64,000 nucleotides of DNA from Azolla caroliniana (Eukaryota > Plantae > Polypodiophyta): NCBI GenBank assembly GCA_043228905.1, contig JBHGNT010000001.1:22320001-22384000 (forward strand), written 5' to 3'. The position numbers were made by a program, and so were the translations under genes. Under the pieces are notes generated by a model. It was not told where the DNA came from, made no database searches, and saw only the letters and a program-made list of their open reading frames with translations. Each line of letters starts with the position of its first letter. The stretch's first letter is position 1. Below, in pieces: positions 35,866-50,320 of the stretch.

Positions 35866-36771
35866 AGTGTGGAAGTCGAAGATGAGGGACATGCTCGTGG
35901 TCAAAGATCTCTGGTTGTCGGTACAATTCGGGGACAAGAAACCGGATAAGATCGATGCTGCGACATGGGAGATGATGCACATGAAGACCACGGCATACAT
36001 ACGGTGCTTCATCGACATGAGCTTCTACAACAACTTCAATGAAGAAAGTAAGGCTCATGTGCTCTGGGAAAACATCGCCACCATGCTGGAGAGTAAAAAT
36101 GCCGTAAATTGGGTTTCGATATTCCAGAAGTTAGTGAGACTTTGGTACTAGGACGGATCCAGCATGGTAGAGCACATGAATGCATTTCAGGGGCTCATAA
36201 TTCAAACAACTTCACTTGAGGTACTTGCATTGCTCCTGTTCGGTTCTCTCCCGGATAGTTGGGAGACGCTAGTTGTCACTTTGGGCAACGCTAGACCGGA
36301 AGGAAAGAAACTATCCCTAGCAAGAGTGAAGTTGAGCTTGCTAGTTCAAGAAGCTCGCCGAAAATACCAGGAATCTAGAACCGACCTGAAGGCCTTGGTT
36401 ATGGAAGATGACCATAACCGGGGAAGAGGCCGAAATCGGAGTCCCCAAAATTGGGACAAATTGGGGAGGAGGTCGAAGTCAAGGGGGAGGCCCAGGTGTT
36501 TCTACTGCGGGAAGCTGGGGCACTCCCAGAAGAATTGTCGTCACTTCCAGAAATCCAAAGGGGGAACCGACATTCCGGAACTGCAGAAGATTTCGGAAAG
36601 GAGAGGAATGTCGGATCGCGACAAGTGAAGAAGAATTGTTGCTAATCACCAAGGAGAGTGAGTTGCATGTTGTCAGCGACGAAATGACATGGGTGGTGAA
36701 CTGTAATGCGTTGTTCCATTTAACCCCCGACCGAAAGTGCTTCTCATCGTATAGTTCTGGAGATCACGGTT

Positions 36772-39700
36772 TGTTGAGAGACAAGCTCAACATCGGCCGG
36801 ATCGGCTAAGCAAGCCGAGGACCAGATCGGTTGGGACCGATCGGTTAGGCCGGACTGGTGCGTAACGAGAGGCCGTATCGATGCATAAACCGAAAGGCCG
36901 TTAGAGAGATATTCCTCGTAAAGGAATAATTTTGGGAGTGAGTGTTGATGCTCACTTAGGAGTAGTCAAGTACTATCAGTACTTGTGTCAGCCCAATTGT
37001 CAGGGCTTGTATAAAAGTGCTCAATGAGCACATCCTATTTATAGAGGAATGGCTAGCTCGCTTCCGACGGAGAAGCTCGACAAAACCAACTACGCATCTT
37101 GGTCCGACAAGATGCACCAGTAGCTGCTTGGGCACGGTTACTGGAGCTATGTTGATGGAGCAAATGACACAACACAAAAAGACTTCCCGGCGTGGGAACA
37201 ATCGGCGAGCAGAGTGTTGTACTGTTTCGCGTCTTGTGTGGGCGAACAACTATTAAGCTACGTTCGTGATGCAAAAACGCCGAAGGGTGCGTGGGAAAAT
37301 CTGAAGAAGATCTTCGCCGCGAGCAGCACAGCTAGGAAGCTTCAGCTCCGACAGGAGTTGAGCAACCTACCACATCGCGAGTTGTCGGTGGCTGACTATA
37401 CCTCGAAGATCAAGGACATATGCGACTCTTTAGCTTCCAACGATGTGAACATCGAGGAAAGCGAGATGGTCCAGGTCTGTCTAGAGGGTTTGGCATCAAA
37501 GTTTGGAGCATTCCGAACTGCTATGTGTACACGGGAGAATACGCCGTCGTTTTTTGATTTACAGTTGATGCTCCTTATAGAGGAGAACCACGTGGGTGCG
37601 TCGACAAGCACGCATGTCGACAACAAGATGTTGTACACGGAGGGAGAGAGGCCCCGTGGTCATGGCGGATGAAGTGAGTTGGTACGCAGTGGACACGGCC
37701 GATGGGATCAAGGAAGAAGGTGCCGAAGTGGTGCAGACAGCATTTCTGGACCCTCCGCGGAATGCCGGTACTGTAGCCAGAAAGGCCACAAGGAGAGAGA
37801 GTGCTGGAAAAAGCACGCCGATTCGGAGAAAACTAGGTCCGGAACAGGTTCCGGACAGACCGACAAAGGAAATCGGAGACGATCGCACTACTTCGAAGGA
37901 TCCGGAGAAGCCGGAAAAGGGACAGTCTTCATGACGAGACATGAAGCAAACTCAATTAAGAAGATCGCCCCGAAATCGAAGGAGCTGTGGTACATCGACT
38001 CTGGCTCGTCAAACCACATGACAAGCCATGAGGAGTGGTTCTCATACCTTGAGAAACCGACGCAACTCGGAGTAGTCGCAACCGGAGACGACACGTCGCA
38101 TCCGATCGCGAATGTCGGTGAAGTTCCCTTGAGCCATGTCGGGCAGAAAGGGAAATTTATGAACGTGTTACACATCCCGACAATCACGAAGAATCTGGTG
38201 TCGGTCAGGCAGATCGTCGACCAAGGAATGTAGGTTCGTTTTACACACCTCGGGTGCTTCATTGAGGAAGAAGGCCATGTTATTGCGCAAGGGCACAAAG
38301 ATAGGAGGATGTTCATCCTCGACTCTACTGACGGTGGCACTGCAATGTTCGCGAACGGACAAAAAGTCGAGTTGGACATCAACTTATGGCACAAGCGGAT
38401 AAGCCACATGAACTACCAGCGGCTTCAAGACTTGCAATCGAAACAAGTGGTGTTAGGATTGCCCAAATTTATTGGCCGGAAGGCGCAAATTTGTGAAGCC
38501 TGCCAGCTTTGGAAGCAAGACCGACTTCCCTTCCGCAACGAGCGTAACCGGAGCCGGAACAAGCTCGACTTGATACACTCCGATGTGTGGAGGCTGGCAC
38601 AAATCATTAGTCTTGGCAGGAGCCGATATTTCGTCTCCTTCATCGACGACTACACACGGCACACGTGGATCTGCCTCATTGAGAGGAAGAGCGAAGTCTT
38701 CGACTATTTTCAGGACCTCAAAGGGTTCGTGGAAATGGAAACAGGAAGAAAGATCAAGTGCCTGCGGTCGGATGGCGGAAAAGAATACTTTTCCCGTCAA
38801 TTCAATGGTTATCTACAACATATGGGAATTTGGCATGAATTCAGTTGTAGATACACTCCGGAGATAAACAGCGTGGCCGAGAGGAGAAATCGGTCAGTTG
38901 TGGAAGTGGCATAGGCAATGTTGGAAGAAAAGAGCTTGCCCAAGTTCTATTGGGCCGAGACGGTACGAACCGCGGTATACATCCAGAATCGGATCGGAGA
39001 CAAAGTGTCGACGCATGAGCTATATTTCGGAACAAAGCCGAACTTGCGACACTTACGAGTTTTCGGTAGCATTGCGTATGTGCATGTGCCGAAGTAGAAA
39101 TGGAGGAAGTTGGATGCAAAGGCCGAGAAATGTATCTTGGTCTGTCACTCAGACGGGCAAGAGGGTTATAAGTGTTATAACCCGTGCACCAAACAAGCGT
39201 GCGTGAGCCGCGACGTTGTGTTTGACGAGTCCACGTCCTGGTACTTGCCTCTGACTCCGGACCTCACCTCCAATCCGAGTTCTGACGATGAGTTCAGCGA
39301 GGCTGAGATGCCTCCGATGAGCTTGAAATCGGGACCCGCAAAGAGAGTTCGATTTCGTTTCGGTTAAGTGGACCGAATGGACGACGGAGTCGGTTCGACC
39401 AGTCTGATGAAGAGTCGGCGAGTAATGGAGACTCGGCCGTGCATTCCCCGTGCAGGAAGCCGAGGAGACGGCTTACGCGCAAAGAGAAAGGGAAGAAGAA
39501 GGGAAGCGGTGACGGATAGAAACGAATCGGACCGACGCGAGTCCGACTCAGAGGGAAGCGGTGACGGGTCTTCAAGATCGAAGTCCGCGTCGGCCAAGAA
39601 GACCTCGACCTCGGCTAATGACCGATTACGCCGATCTACCTGCCAGAAGAACCCAATTGTGCGGTTCGGATACAACAAGTACAAGGCGCATCATTATGCG

Positions 39701-42226
39701 TACATAACCCGTTTAGCGGAAGTGCATGAGCCGGAGAGCTATACAGAAGCAGCTAAGAACGTGAATTGGTGCACCGCGATGGAGGAAGAGATGCACACAT
39801 TGGCGGAGAACAAGACCTAGGACCTAGTTGACGCACCGAAGGGTGTGAAGCCGATCGGATGTAGGTGGGTGTACAAGGTCAAGTACAACACCGACGGCTC
39901 GGTCAACCGATACAAGGCCCGATTAGTGGCAAAAGGCTATGAGCAGAAACACGACATTGACTATGATGAGACGTTTGCGCTGGTCGCGAAGATGACGATC
40001 GTCCGTGTTTTGCTCGCGGTAGCTGCGGCAAAGGGGTGGCACTTACATCAGATGGATGTAAAGAATGCGTTCCTGCAAGGTGAGCTTGAGGAACAAGTAT
40101 ACATGGTACAACCCCCCGGATTTCACTCCGGAACGAACATGTCGGAAGTGCGCCGATTGAAGAAGTCCCTTTACGGACTCAAGCAAGCCCCGCGTGCCCG
40201 GAACGCGAAGATCACGCAGCAACTACGTCGGATGGGCTTTGCAACGTCAAAATTGGACTCTTCCCTGATCATCCGGAAAGCTCAACTTGGGCTGGTTAGT
40301 ATTTTACTATATGTTGATGACTTGGTCATCATCGGCGCTGACCTAGGTCAAATCGACTGCGTGAAGCTCTAGCTTAAGACATCATTTGACATGAAGGATC
40401 TGGGGGACCTTCATTACTTCCTCGAGATCGAAGTGATCCGCACCCCCGAAGGTATACTGATCAGCCAACGTCATTACGCGCTGAATATGCTCTTCAAATT
40501 CGGGATGGCAGACTGTAAGTCCGTCTCGACTCCTCTGGATAGAACCGTCAAGCTTCGCCCCAATTCCGGAAAAGTATGCGACCCGACGAGGTTCTGACAA
40601 ATTGTCGGAAGCCTTAGATTCTACTTGACAATCACCTGACCCAATCTCAGTTATCCGGTCGGGATGATCAGTCAGTTCATGGCGCGACCTACCGAGGAGC
40701 ACCTTCAGTGTGCGCAACGTGTACTGTGGTACGTAAGCGGCACTAAGGACCGGGGACTGCTATATCGGACCGGTACAGCCTCGCAGTTGTTCGGCTACAC
40801 CGATGCTGATTGGGCTGGCAACGCCGCTGATCGCCGATCCACATCCGGATACGCGTTCTCTCTTGGGAGTACCGCGATAGCGTGGAGCAGTAAGAAGCAG
40901 CCGATAGTGCACTGTCGAGCACCGAAGCTGAGTACCAAGGAGCGGTTGTCGCAACATGCAAAGCCATATGGTTGAAGCGGCTACTTAAGGACCTGAAAGA
41001 GGAGGTGTGCGATCCGACGACGATCTACTGCGACAACCTCAACAACATCCAGCTCGCGAAGAACCCCGTTTTCCACGCATGGACCAAGCACATTGAGGTG
41101 CATTACCATTTTGTCCGTGAGTGTGTCCTTTTTTGTGAAGTCGAACTTCAGTATGTTCCGACGAATCGGCAAACTGCCGACATCTTCACCAAACCTCTTG
41201 GACTGGACAAGTTGCGGCAGTTCTCGGGTGCGCTTGGGTTGCGTCACCTCGACGTGCCAGACTTGAGGGGGAGAGATGTCTCGGATGACCACAGAAGGGG
41301 GAGAGAAGACCGCGACGCCGAGTCAGATGACGAATTCGACTTCGGATCGGTTGAAGAAGCCAAGGGCGGATCTGCGGAAGAGTCCAAAAGCGGACATAAG
41401 GGGAGCAACCGGAAGAAAGAGCCAAAGCCAACCAAGCATGGGGGAGATGATGCCATCAAGGGCGAGAAGACCGAAGACGAGTTGGAGACAGCCAACTCGG
41501 ACGAGGGCGAAAACCGATCGGAGGTAGCCGAGTCGGTTCGGATGTTTGATTCGGATACACTGAATCAACCGAGGGCCAAGTGGAAAAGAAGGCAGCAGGA
41601 GAAGCACCAACACCGCGACAGCAAGGAAGCTATGAAGGGTCGTGGGAGCAGACAAACCGACCGAAAGGGTCGAAGCACGCGGAGTCGAACAGATCGAGGA
41701 GCGCGAGCGAGGCGTGGAGCCAGGAGAAACCGGAGCGGTGATCCGGAAGATCCTGAAGAGCCTCAAGTTGAGCTTGAGGGGGAGTGTTGAGAGACAAGCT
41801 CAACATCGGCCGGATCGGCTGAGCAAGCCAAGGACCGGATCGGTTGGGACCGATTGATTAGGCCGGACCAGTGTGTAAAACGGATGCGTAAACCGGTGCG
41901 TAACGAGAGGCCGTATCGGTGCGTAAACTGAAAGGCCGTTAGAGAGATATTCCTCATAAAGGAATAATTTTAGGAGTGAGTGTCGATGCTCACTTATGAG
42001 CAGTCAAGTACTGTCAGTACTTGTGTCAGCAGGATTGTCAGGGCTTGTATAAAAGTCCTCACTGAGCACATCCTATGTATAGATTAAGTATGATTTTTGA
42101 ATTAAGTTCGTGTGTTTACCCTCTCTCCATCTCTCCCGTGAGTACTGTGCAAACCTAAGCTTTCCATTAAACCTGTGTTTTCTGTTGTTCGGTTTCCTAT
42201 ATTGCTTCCGCACGCCATTCTAATGA
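36772..42226 (+). mobile_element. Ty1/copia B2 (Bryco-like)
   Basis: TSD CGGTT on both sides (36767-36771, 42227-42231); partial 5' LTR 36772 to about 37046, gag-pol to 41790, PPT, 3' LTR 41785-42226. Confidence 0.95.
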
Positions 42227-44203
42227 CGGTTTTGTCTAGATGGGGAATGAAGGTGCACGTCGACACGTTCTGGAGGTTCGGTTGAATTTGATATCAGTCG
42301 GTCAACGAGACGATGAAGGCTACCTAGGTAGCATCCGGAACGGAGTAATGAAGTTTTGCAAAGGGAGTTTGATCGTGGCCTGAGCCTGGAAGATCAACAC
42401 GATGTACCTAATGCACGCCCGTATATGCCGGGAAGAAGTCAACATAGCATCCGACAATGCTGGTGAGTTGTGGCACAAAAGAATCTGTCATATGAGCCAG
42501 TAGGGGATGAGAAGACTTCGCGAAGATAACCTCATTCGGGAAGTAAAAGACGTGCAACTTGAGAAGTGCACCAACTACTTGGCCGGTAAGCAAAACTGAA
42601 CCTCTTTCCGGTCATGACCACCAATGAGACGGAAAGCGCAACTGGAGTTAGTGCATACCAATGTGTGTCAAGTGGTCACGATGTCACATGTTGGATCGCA
42701 GTTCTTCATGACGTTCATAGACGACTACAGGAGGAAGCTGTGGGTCTCCATATTCAAGATGAAGGATCGGGTGTCTTCCATCTTCAAGAAGCTCCACATG
42801 AGAGTGGAAAGGGAAACCGGCTGGAAGCTAAAGGCAGTTCGAGCAGATAATGGGAAGGATCGGGAATCTAGAACCGGCCTGAAGGCCTTGGTTGTGGAAG
42901 ATGACCATAACCGGGGGAGAAACCGGTACTGGAGTCCCCAGAATCGGGAAAAGTCAGGGACAAGGTCGAAGTCAAGGGGGAGGCTAACTTGCTTCTATTG
43001 TGGCAAGCTAGGGCACTTCCAGAAAAACTGTCGGCATTTACGGAATGAGAAAGGAACTGACAGTGCCGATTCGAAGAAGGGTTCCGGGAAGAAGTCAATG
43101 TAGCATGTGACACTGCCAGTGAGTTGTGACACAAGAGACTGTGCCACATGAGCCTGAAGGGGATGGGAAGACTTGCCGAAGATAATCTCATTCCGGAGCT
43201 GAAAGACGTGCATTTTGATAAGTGCACCGATTTCTTGGCCTGCAAGCAAAATCGAACCTCCTTTCGATCAAGACCACCGATGAGGCGAAATGCACCACTG
43301 GAACTAGTGCATACCGATCTGTGTCAAATCGACATGAGGTCACATGCTGGATCGTAGTACTTCGTGAAGTTTATAGACGACCACAACCGGAAGTTGTGGG
43401 TCTCACCGTTGACGATGAAGGATCGGGTGTTGTGCATCTTAAAGGAGCTCCACGCAAGAGTGCAAAGAGAAACTGGTCGGAAGCTGAAGGCGGTTCAAGC
43501 AGATAACGAAGGAGAATACTAGGGGTAGTTTGAGGAGTACTGACGATCGACGGGAATCCGGCTCGAATTAACCATGCCAAAGACGTCGGAATTGAACAAG
43601 CTCGCCGAATTGATGAACCGGACCATAATGGAGAGAATCTGAAGCATGCTAGCACATGCAAAGTTACACAAGACATTTTGGGCTGAGGCGCTGATGACAA
43701 CAATGTACGTGATTAACAGGTCACCCTCGGCACCCTTTGAAGGAGACACACCACAAAGAGTATGGATCGGTAAAGACGTGTCTTACCAGCATCTGAAGGT
43801 GTTCGGGTGTCTCGCATATGTGCATGTTGCAAAGGACAAGAGAGCAAAGTTGGACCCAAAATCCCGACCATGATATTCCTTAGATACGACGATGATGAGT
43901 TTGGTTATTGAGTGTGGGACCTGGTCGACCAGAAGGTGTTCGGGAGTCGGGATATAGTCTTCATGGAAGACAGGACCATTGCCGACTGGGAGTTGGAGAA
44001 GAAGGTGAAGAACTCCGGATCATCCAATGAAAACCGGTTTGAGGACACAAAGACCTACCCGGTTGAAAACCGAAAGTTAGCCAATAACATAATGAGACTC
44101 GATGAACCGGCCGGATTAGGAAAAGAAACCGAACCAACCGAACAAGAAGAAGAAGGAGACACCAGAACCAGACAAGACCTCGAATTATATTCGGATGAAG
44201 AAC

Positions 44204-44506
44204 TGTTGAGAATCAATCTCAACTTGGTCTAGTGTGTAAACTCACCTTGAGAGTGAATAGACACTACAACGGTCAAGAGTCACTATTATGTCACCACTTT
44301 GTATTCTAGCATTTAGTATGAGTGATAGAATCATATTCTATGACACATAACTTATGAGCTTTCACATTCCCCATGCCCCATGAGTCTTGTAGTTAATCAA
44401 GAGAGAGGGTGACTATATAAAGCACCCTCCTCCCACCTTGTAAAATGTTGAGTCTTTCTCCTTTGTTAATATACTTTACCTTGCGTATTCTCTGTGTCTT
44501 ACTCCT

Positions 44507-44549
<43 letters not shown>

Positions 44550-47500
44550 CACACACACAATTCATATCTATTCCGTTGCATAGAATCCATCTCTTGATTC
44601 TTTACATGGTATTAGAGCAACATAGTAGCTCAATCTAGCCCATCCACGTGCGTTGCGTCCTACGCCGATGACCAAGAACCGGTTAATCGCTATCGTAGCT
44701 TCGCTACATAGCTCGCATTTGAAGAGAGAAGAAGAAGAAGAAGAAGAATCAACATAATGAATACTCAAATGGGGAGCATTCTCCCTACCGAGAAGTTGGA
44801 TCGAAACAACTTCACATCTTGGGAGGACAAGATGCACCAATACCTTGTCGGACAAGGCTATTGGAGCTACATCAAAGGAGTGCACGAAGACCGACCCGTC
44901 GACACGGCTCCCGGATACGTGACATGGGAGCAAGCCGCAAGCTGCGTGATGTATTGCTTGGTGACATGTGTTCACGATCACATGCTCGGCTAAATTTGCA
45001 AAGCCAAGACGCTGAAAGAGGCATGGGAAAATCTACGAAAGATTTTCGCAGCAAACACAACTTCAAGAAGGCTTCAACTCCGCCAAGAGTTGAACAACAT
45101 TCAACAAAGGGACATGTATATCACGACATACACCTTGAAGAGCAAGGAGCTTTGCAAGTAACTCGGCTCGATAAGCGTAAATATCGATGATGATGAGATG
45201 GTGCAAATATGCCTCGGCGGCCTTGCACCCCAGTTCGGTGCGATGCGAACCGCCGTTCTAGCAAGGGAGAAATCTCCCTCCTTCTTCAAGCTCCAATCAA
45301 TGCTATTAGTCGAAGAAAACCACATGCGTACAAGGAGCAATGAGTTGGAAGGCCACATGCTCTACACGCACTCGAACGGAGGAAGAGGACGCGGACGAGC
45401 GAGAGGCTGATTCGGCCAAGGACAAGGCAAACGAGGTCCGACCTATGACAACAACTCCCAATTTCGGCCGCAACTCCCAAGCAACACCGACCCCCATTTC
45501 CGAAGGAGAGGAATGTGAGAAAAGGTGTACTCGACGTAATTCACTCCGATGTATGGGGTCCGGCTCAAACAACGACATTCGGCGGATGCCACTATTACGT
45601 GCTCTTCATCGACGACTTTTCTAGGCACACTTGGATCTACCCGATGCGGCAAAAGAGCGAAGTGTTTGGACACTTCCAAATTTTCAAGAATGAAGTCGAG
45701 AAAGCCACAGGCCAACATGTACGATGCCTTCGATCGGATGGCGGCAAGGAGTACTTCTCAGACGATTTCACGGCGTATCTCCGAAAGGAAGGAATTTGGC
45801 GAGAATTCACTTGCTGACACACTCCGCAACAAAACGGAGTAGCTGAGCGCAAAAATCGGCACATCCTCGAAGTAGCGCAGGCCATGATGAACAAGAAGCA
45901 TATGCCCAAGTAATATTGGGCCGAAGCTGAAAATACAGCCGTCTACCTAATGAACTGGTGCACAACATCCAGATTGCACGAGGTCACTCCGCATGAAAAA
46001 TACTTCAGAAAGAAGCCGGACTTATCGCACACCCAGATGTTCGGCGCGATAGCATACATGCACATACCCAATGAAAAGCGGCAAAAGCTAGATCCAAAGT
46101 CGGAGAAATGTATCCTCGTAGCATACTCACTCAAACAAAAGGGGTACAAATTCTACAACCCATCTACCCGAAAAGTTCGAGTAAGTCGAGACGTTGTGTT
46201 TGATGAATCCGCATCTTGGTACACACCAGAGAAGATTCCGACTTCGACCCTGATCGACGCGGAATCGACCAAACAAGAGTGAGAATGTGAAGATCGCCTC
46301 GAAGACATGTTCGAAGATAGCCCGATTACCACAAGACTAAGTGGGCCACAAGAACCCCCGAGCGATCAAAGCACATCACAATCTAGCCCGAAGATGGACA
46401 AAGGCAAGGCGAAAATGACGGAATATGAAGACGATCGCTTCAACGACGATGAGTCGACTCACTCACTCGACTGTGAGTTCGGCGGCTTTGATGTACCAAT
46501 CGGAACTAAGAAAGCCCTCATCTCTGCAAATGAAAAGCTCCGTCGCTCCACTCATGAAAAGAATCTGGTTAGTCGATTCAGCTACAACAACTACATGGCA
46601 TATCACTATGCCTTTATGATGAAGGTGGCTACAGTACACGAGCCGGAAACATTTTCCGAAGCAACCAAGGATCCGCAATGGATCGAAGCCATGAACGAGG
46701 AGATGCAAGCACTACGCAAGAACGAGACATGGGATCTTGTTCCCACCTCACCACACAAAAAGGCGATCGAATGTAGATGGATTTACAAAGTGAAGTACAA
46801 CGTTGATGGTTCCATCAACTGCTACAAAGCGCGACTCATAGCAAAAGGCTACGCCCAAACGCACGGAGTTGACTACGAGGAGACCTTTGCCCCGGTGGCA
46901 AAGATGACAACGGTACGGACCGTAATTGTGCTTGCCGCGGCGAAAGGGTGGCACCTCCATCAAATGGACGTCAAGAACGCCTTTCTACAAGGCGAATTAG
47001 AAGAGGAGGTGTACATGATACAACCACCCGGCTTCAACTCGAGCACCCATCCGAAAGTTGTATGCTGACTCAAGAAGCCACTCTACAGCCTCAAGCAAGC
47101 ACCGCGTGCTTGGCATTCGAAGATAACGCAATATCTTTATCAAATCAGCTTCCATATGTCAAAATCGGACAACTCCCTCTACATACAAAGTGATTCCGCA
47201 AGTCCGATCGTCATCATCTTATATGTGGATGACCTAGTCATTAGAGGTGAGTATCTCGTCGAAATCAATAAGGTTAAATCCCTCCTTTCCGACAAGTTCA
47301 AGATGATGGACATGAAGGAGCTCCACTACTTCCTCGGCATCTAGGTAATTCGGACTCCGGCCGGAATCATGATCTCTTAACGACACTACATCCTCAACTT
47401 GTTATACATGTTCGGGATGGCTGAGTGAAAATCCACGGCAACCTCGCTTGATCACAATCTCAAACTAGATGCGAACTCCGGCACTAAAGCGTGTGAGCCG

Positions 47501-48826
47501 ACTCAGTATCGGCAACTAATCGGGAGTCTCATCTACCCCACTATCACTTGACCCGATCTCAGTTATCCGGTCGGTCTCCTTAGTCAATTCATGCAAACAC
47601 CACGTGATACTCACTTGGATTCCGCTAAGCGAGTTCTACGATATGTGAGCGGCACAATGGATTGCGGCATCCTCTAGAAGACTGCGATGCCAATACAACT
47701 CGAGGGGTACACAGACGCCGATTGGGCCGGCTACAAAGCCGATAGAAGATTAACCTCCGGATTTGTTTTTTCCCTCGACCGCGGAGCAATATCCTGGAGC
47801 AGCAAAAAGCAACCAACCGTCGCTCTTTCAAACACAAAGGCAAAATACCGGGGGGCGGCAGTGGCCGCATGTGAAGCCGTACGGCTCAAAAGGATACTCA
47901 AGGATCTGGGCGTACCCATCAAGGATCCGACTTCCCTTTACTGCGACAACATGAGCAGTATCTATCTGGCTCAGAACCCGGTGTTCCACACGCGGACAAA
48001 GCACATCGAAGTGCACTATCACTTCATCCGAGAACGCGTTCTAGCTGCCGATGTCAACCTACAACACATTAGCACAAATCTTCAAACGACCGACATCTTC
48101 ACTAAAGCCTTAGGAGCCGACAAGCTATGACAATTCATGACCGATCTCGGATTGACGATCCCTGACCTGCCAAGCTTGAGGGGGAGTACTGAAGACACTA
48201 CGCAATAATGCGTGGATTCCGCAACCATGCAACGATGCTGCGAAGAGCCGATCTACCGTGCAAAGCTGCGAAGAAAGATGCAAGCCGAAGCACAAACTTC
48301 GCAACTACGCACAACGCAAGCTGGAGCACGGATTCTGCAACTCCGCATAAATGCGAGTCGACGCGGACTCCAGAACGCAAGTCGAAGCGGATTTCGGATA
48401 CCGTCTGAAACCGACCCAATTTGAGCTTGAGGGGGCGTGTTGAGAATCAAGCTCAACCTGGTCTAGTGTGTGAACTCACCTTGAGAGTGAATAGACACTC
48501 CAACGGTCAAGAGTCACCATTATGTCACCACTTTGTATTCTAGCATTTAGTATGAGTCATAGAATCATATTCTATGACACATAACTTATGAGCTTTCACA
48601 TTCCCCATGCTCCATGAGTCTTGTAGTTAATCAAGAGAGAGGGTGACTATATGAAGCACCCTCCTCCCACCTTGTAAAATGTTGTCTTTTTGCTTTGTTA
48701 ATATACTTTACCTTGCGTATTCTCTGTGTCTTACTCCTTGTCTCTCTCACTCTCTCTCTGTCTCTCATACACACACACAGTTCACATCTATTCCGTTGCA
48801 TAGAATCCATCTCTTGATTCTTTACA
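44204..48826 (+). mobile_element. Ty1/copia C (Bryco-like relative) with an internal deletion
   Basis: TSD AGAAC/AGAAC, LTRs 44204-44606 and 48438-48826, PBS TGGTATTAGAGC 44607-44618, gag MGSILPTEKLDRNNF; zinc knuckle and protease missing near 45480. Confidence 0.95.
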
Positions 48827-50320
48827 AGAACAAACAGAGGAACTGGTAGTTGAAGTCCAAAGGCGGAGATACCGTCTCATAGAGAGAAGAGCCCCCCGAA
48901 GATTTCCAGATGCAGAGCACGTATTCTTGACCGATGAGGGGGAGCCAGAAAACTTTGAAGAAGCAAAGAAAGACACCCACAACTGCAAGTGGTTGAGTGC
49001 CATGTAGGACGAGATGGATTCGCTGCATGAGAACAACACATACGACTTGACGGAGTTGCCGAAAGGAAAGAGGGCACTACGGAACAAGTGGGTGTACAAG
49101 CTGAAACCGGGAGATGCCGGAAATCTACCAAGGTACGAAGAACGAATCATGGTGAAGGGGTTCTAGCAGAAGAAAGGAGTGGATTTCAATGAGATCTTCG
49201 CCCCGGTAGTAAAGATGACATCCATCCGGACGGTATTGAGCATAATGGCAAGCATGGACGTCAAGGTAGAGCAATTGGAAGTCAAGAAGGCATTCCTACA
49301 TGGCGACCTCAAAGAAGAGATCTACATGCATCAACCGGAAGGATTTGAGAAGAAAGGGACTTAGGAGCAACTGGTGTGCCGACTGAAAAAGGGCCTATAT
49401 GGATTGAAGCAAGCCCCCGCAATGGCACCAGAAGTTTGACTCCTTCATGACTAACTAAGGGTACCACAAGACGCACGCTGACCACTGGGTGTTCGTGAAG
49501 AAATTTGACGAAGGCAACTTCTTGATACTCTTGCTATATGTGGACGACATGCTAATCGTCAGACGAGACCGAATCAAGATCTCAATGCTTAAGAAGGCCC
49601 TGAACCGGACTTTCTCAATGAAAGATTTGGGTCTGGCAAAACAGAATCTATTCGAAATGCACATAATCCAAGATCGGTCGGAGAAGCTATTGTGGTTATC
49701 ATAGGAGAAGTACGTGATAAAGGTGCTTCAAAGGTTCAACATGTTAGAGGCAAAACCGGTCGGATCGATACTTCCGGCAAATTGCAAGTTGTACAAAAAG
49801 CAGAGCCCGAAGACAAAGGCAGAGAAGTCGGATATGACGAAGATAGCATAGGCCTCTGCCATCAGAAGCTTAATGTACACAATGGTGTGCACCTGACCGA
49901 ATATTGCATATGTTGTCGGAGTAGTCAGCCGGTTCATTAGCAATCCGGGAAGAGAGCACTAGAAGTGGATACTCCAGTATCTGAAAGGCACCTCAACTAT
50001 GTGCCCCCGGTTTGGCTCCGGTAAACCCCAACTTGATAGATTCACGAATTAAGATAGATTAGCTGATGCGGATACCAGCCGGTCTACATCCGGATATGTC
50101 ATGACTTATGTAGGGGGAAGGGTTCCGGATGAGACCCGAAAACCGAACCGAGTGAATCTGGATGGATCCGGTGCAAACCGGATCAAAGGAAATATGTGTA
50201 AATATGTTTCATGGTTAGCCTATTGAGGTTATATTTGTAAATGGGCCAAAAGTCATATAGTATAAATATGACTTAGGGCAATCACTTTATGTAGAGATGG
50301 TGTAGTTGTGGTTGTATCAT

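Larger units (their letters stand above)
35866..50320 (+). mobile_element. Ty1/copia A2 (Tork/Tnt1-like, chimeric), host to B2 and C
   Basis: gag 35866-36630, PR/INT 42227-44203, RT 48827-50118 (LLLYVDDML), type A LTR fragment about 50120-50320. Confidence 0.88.
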
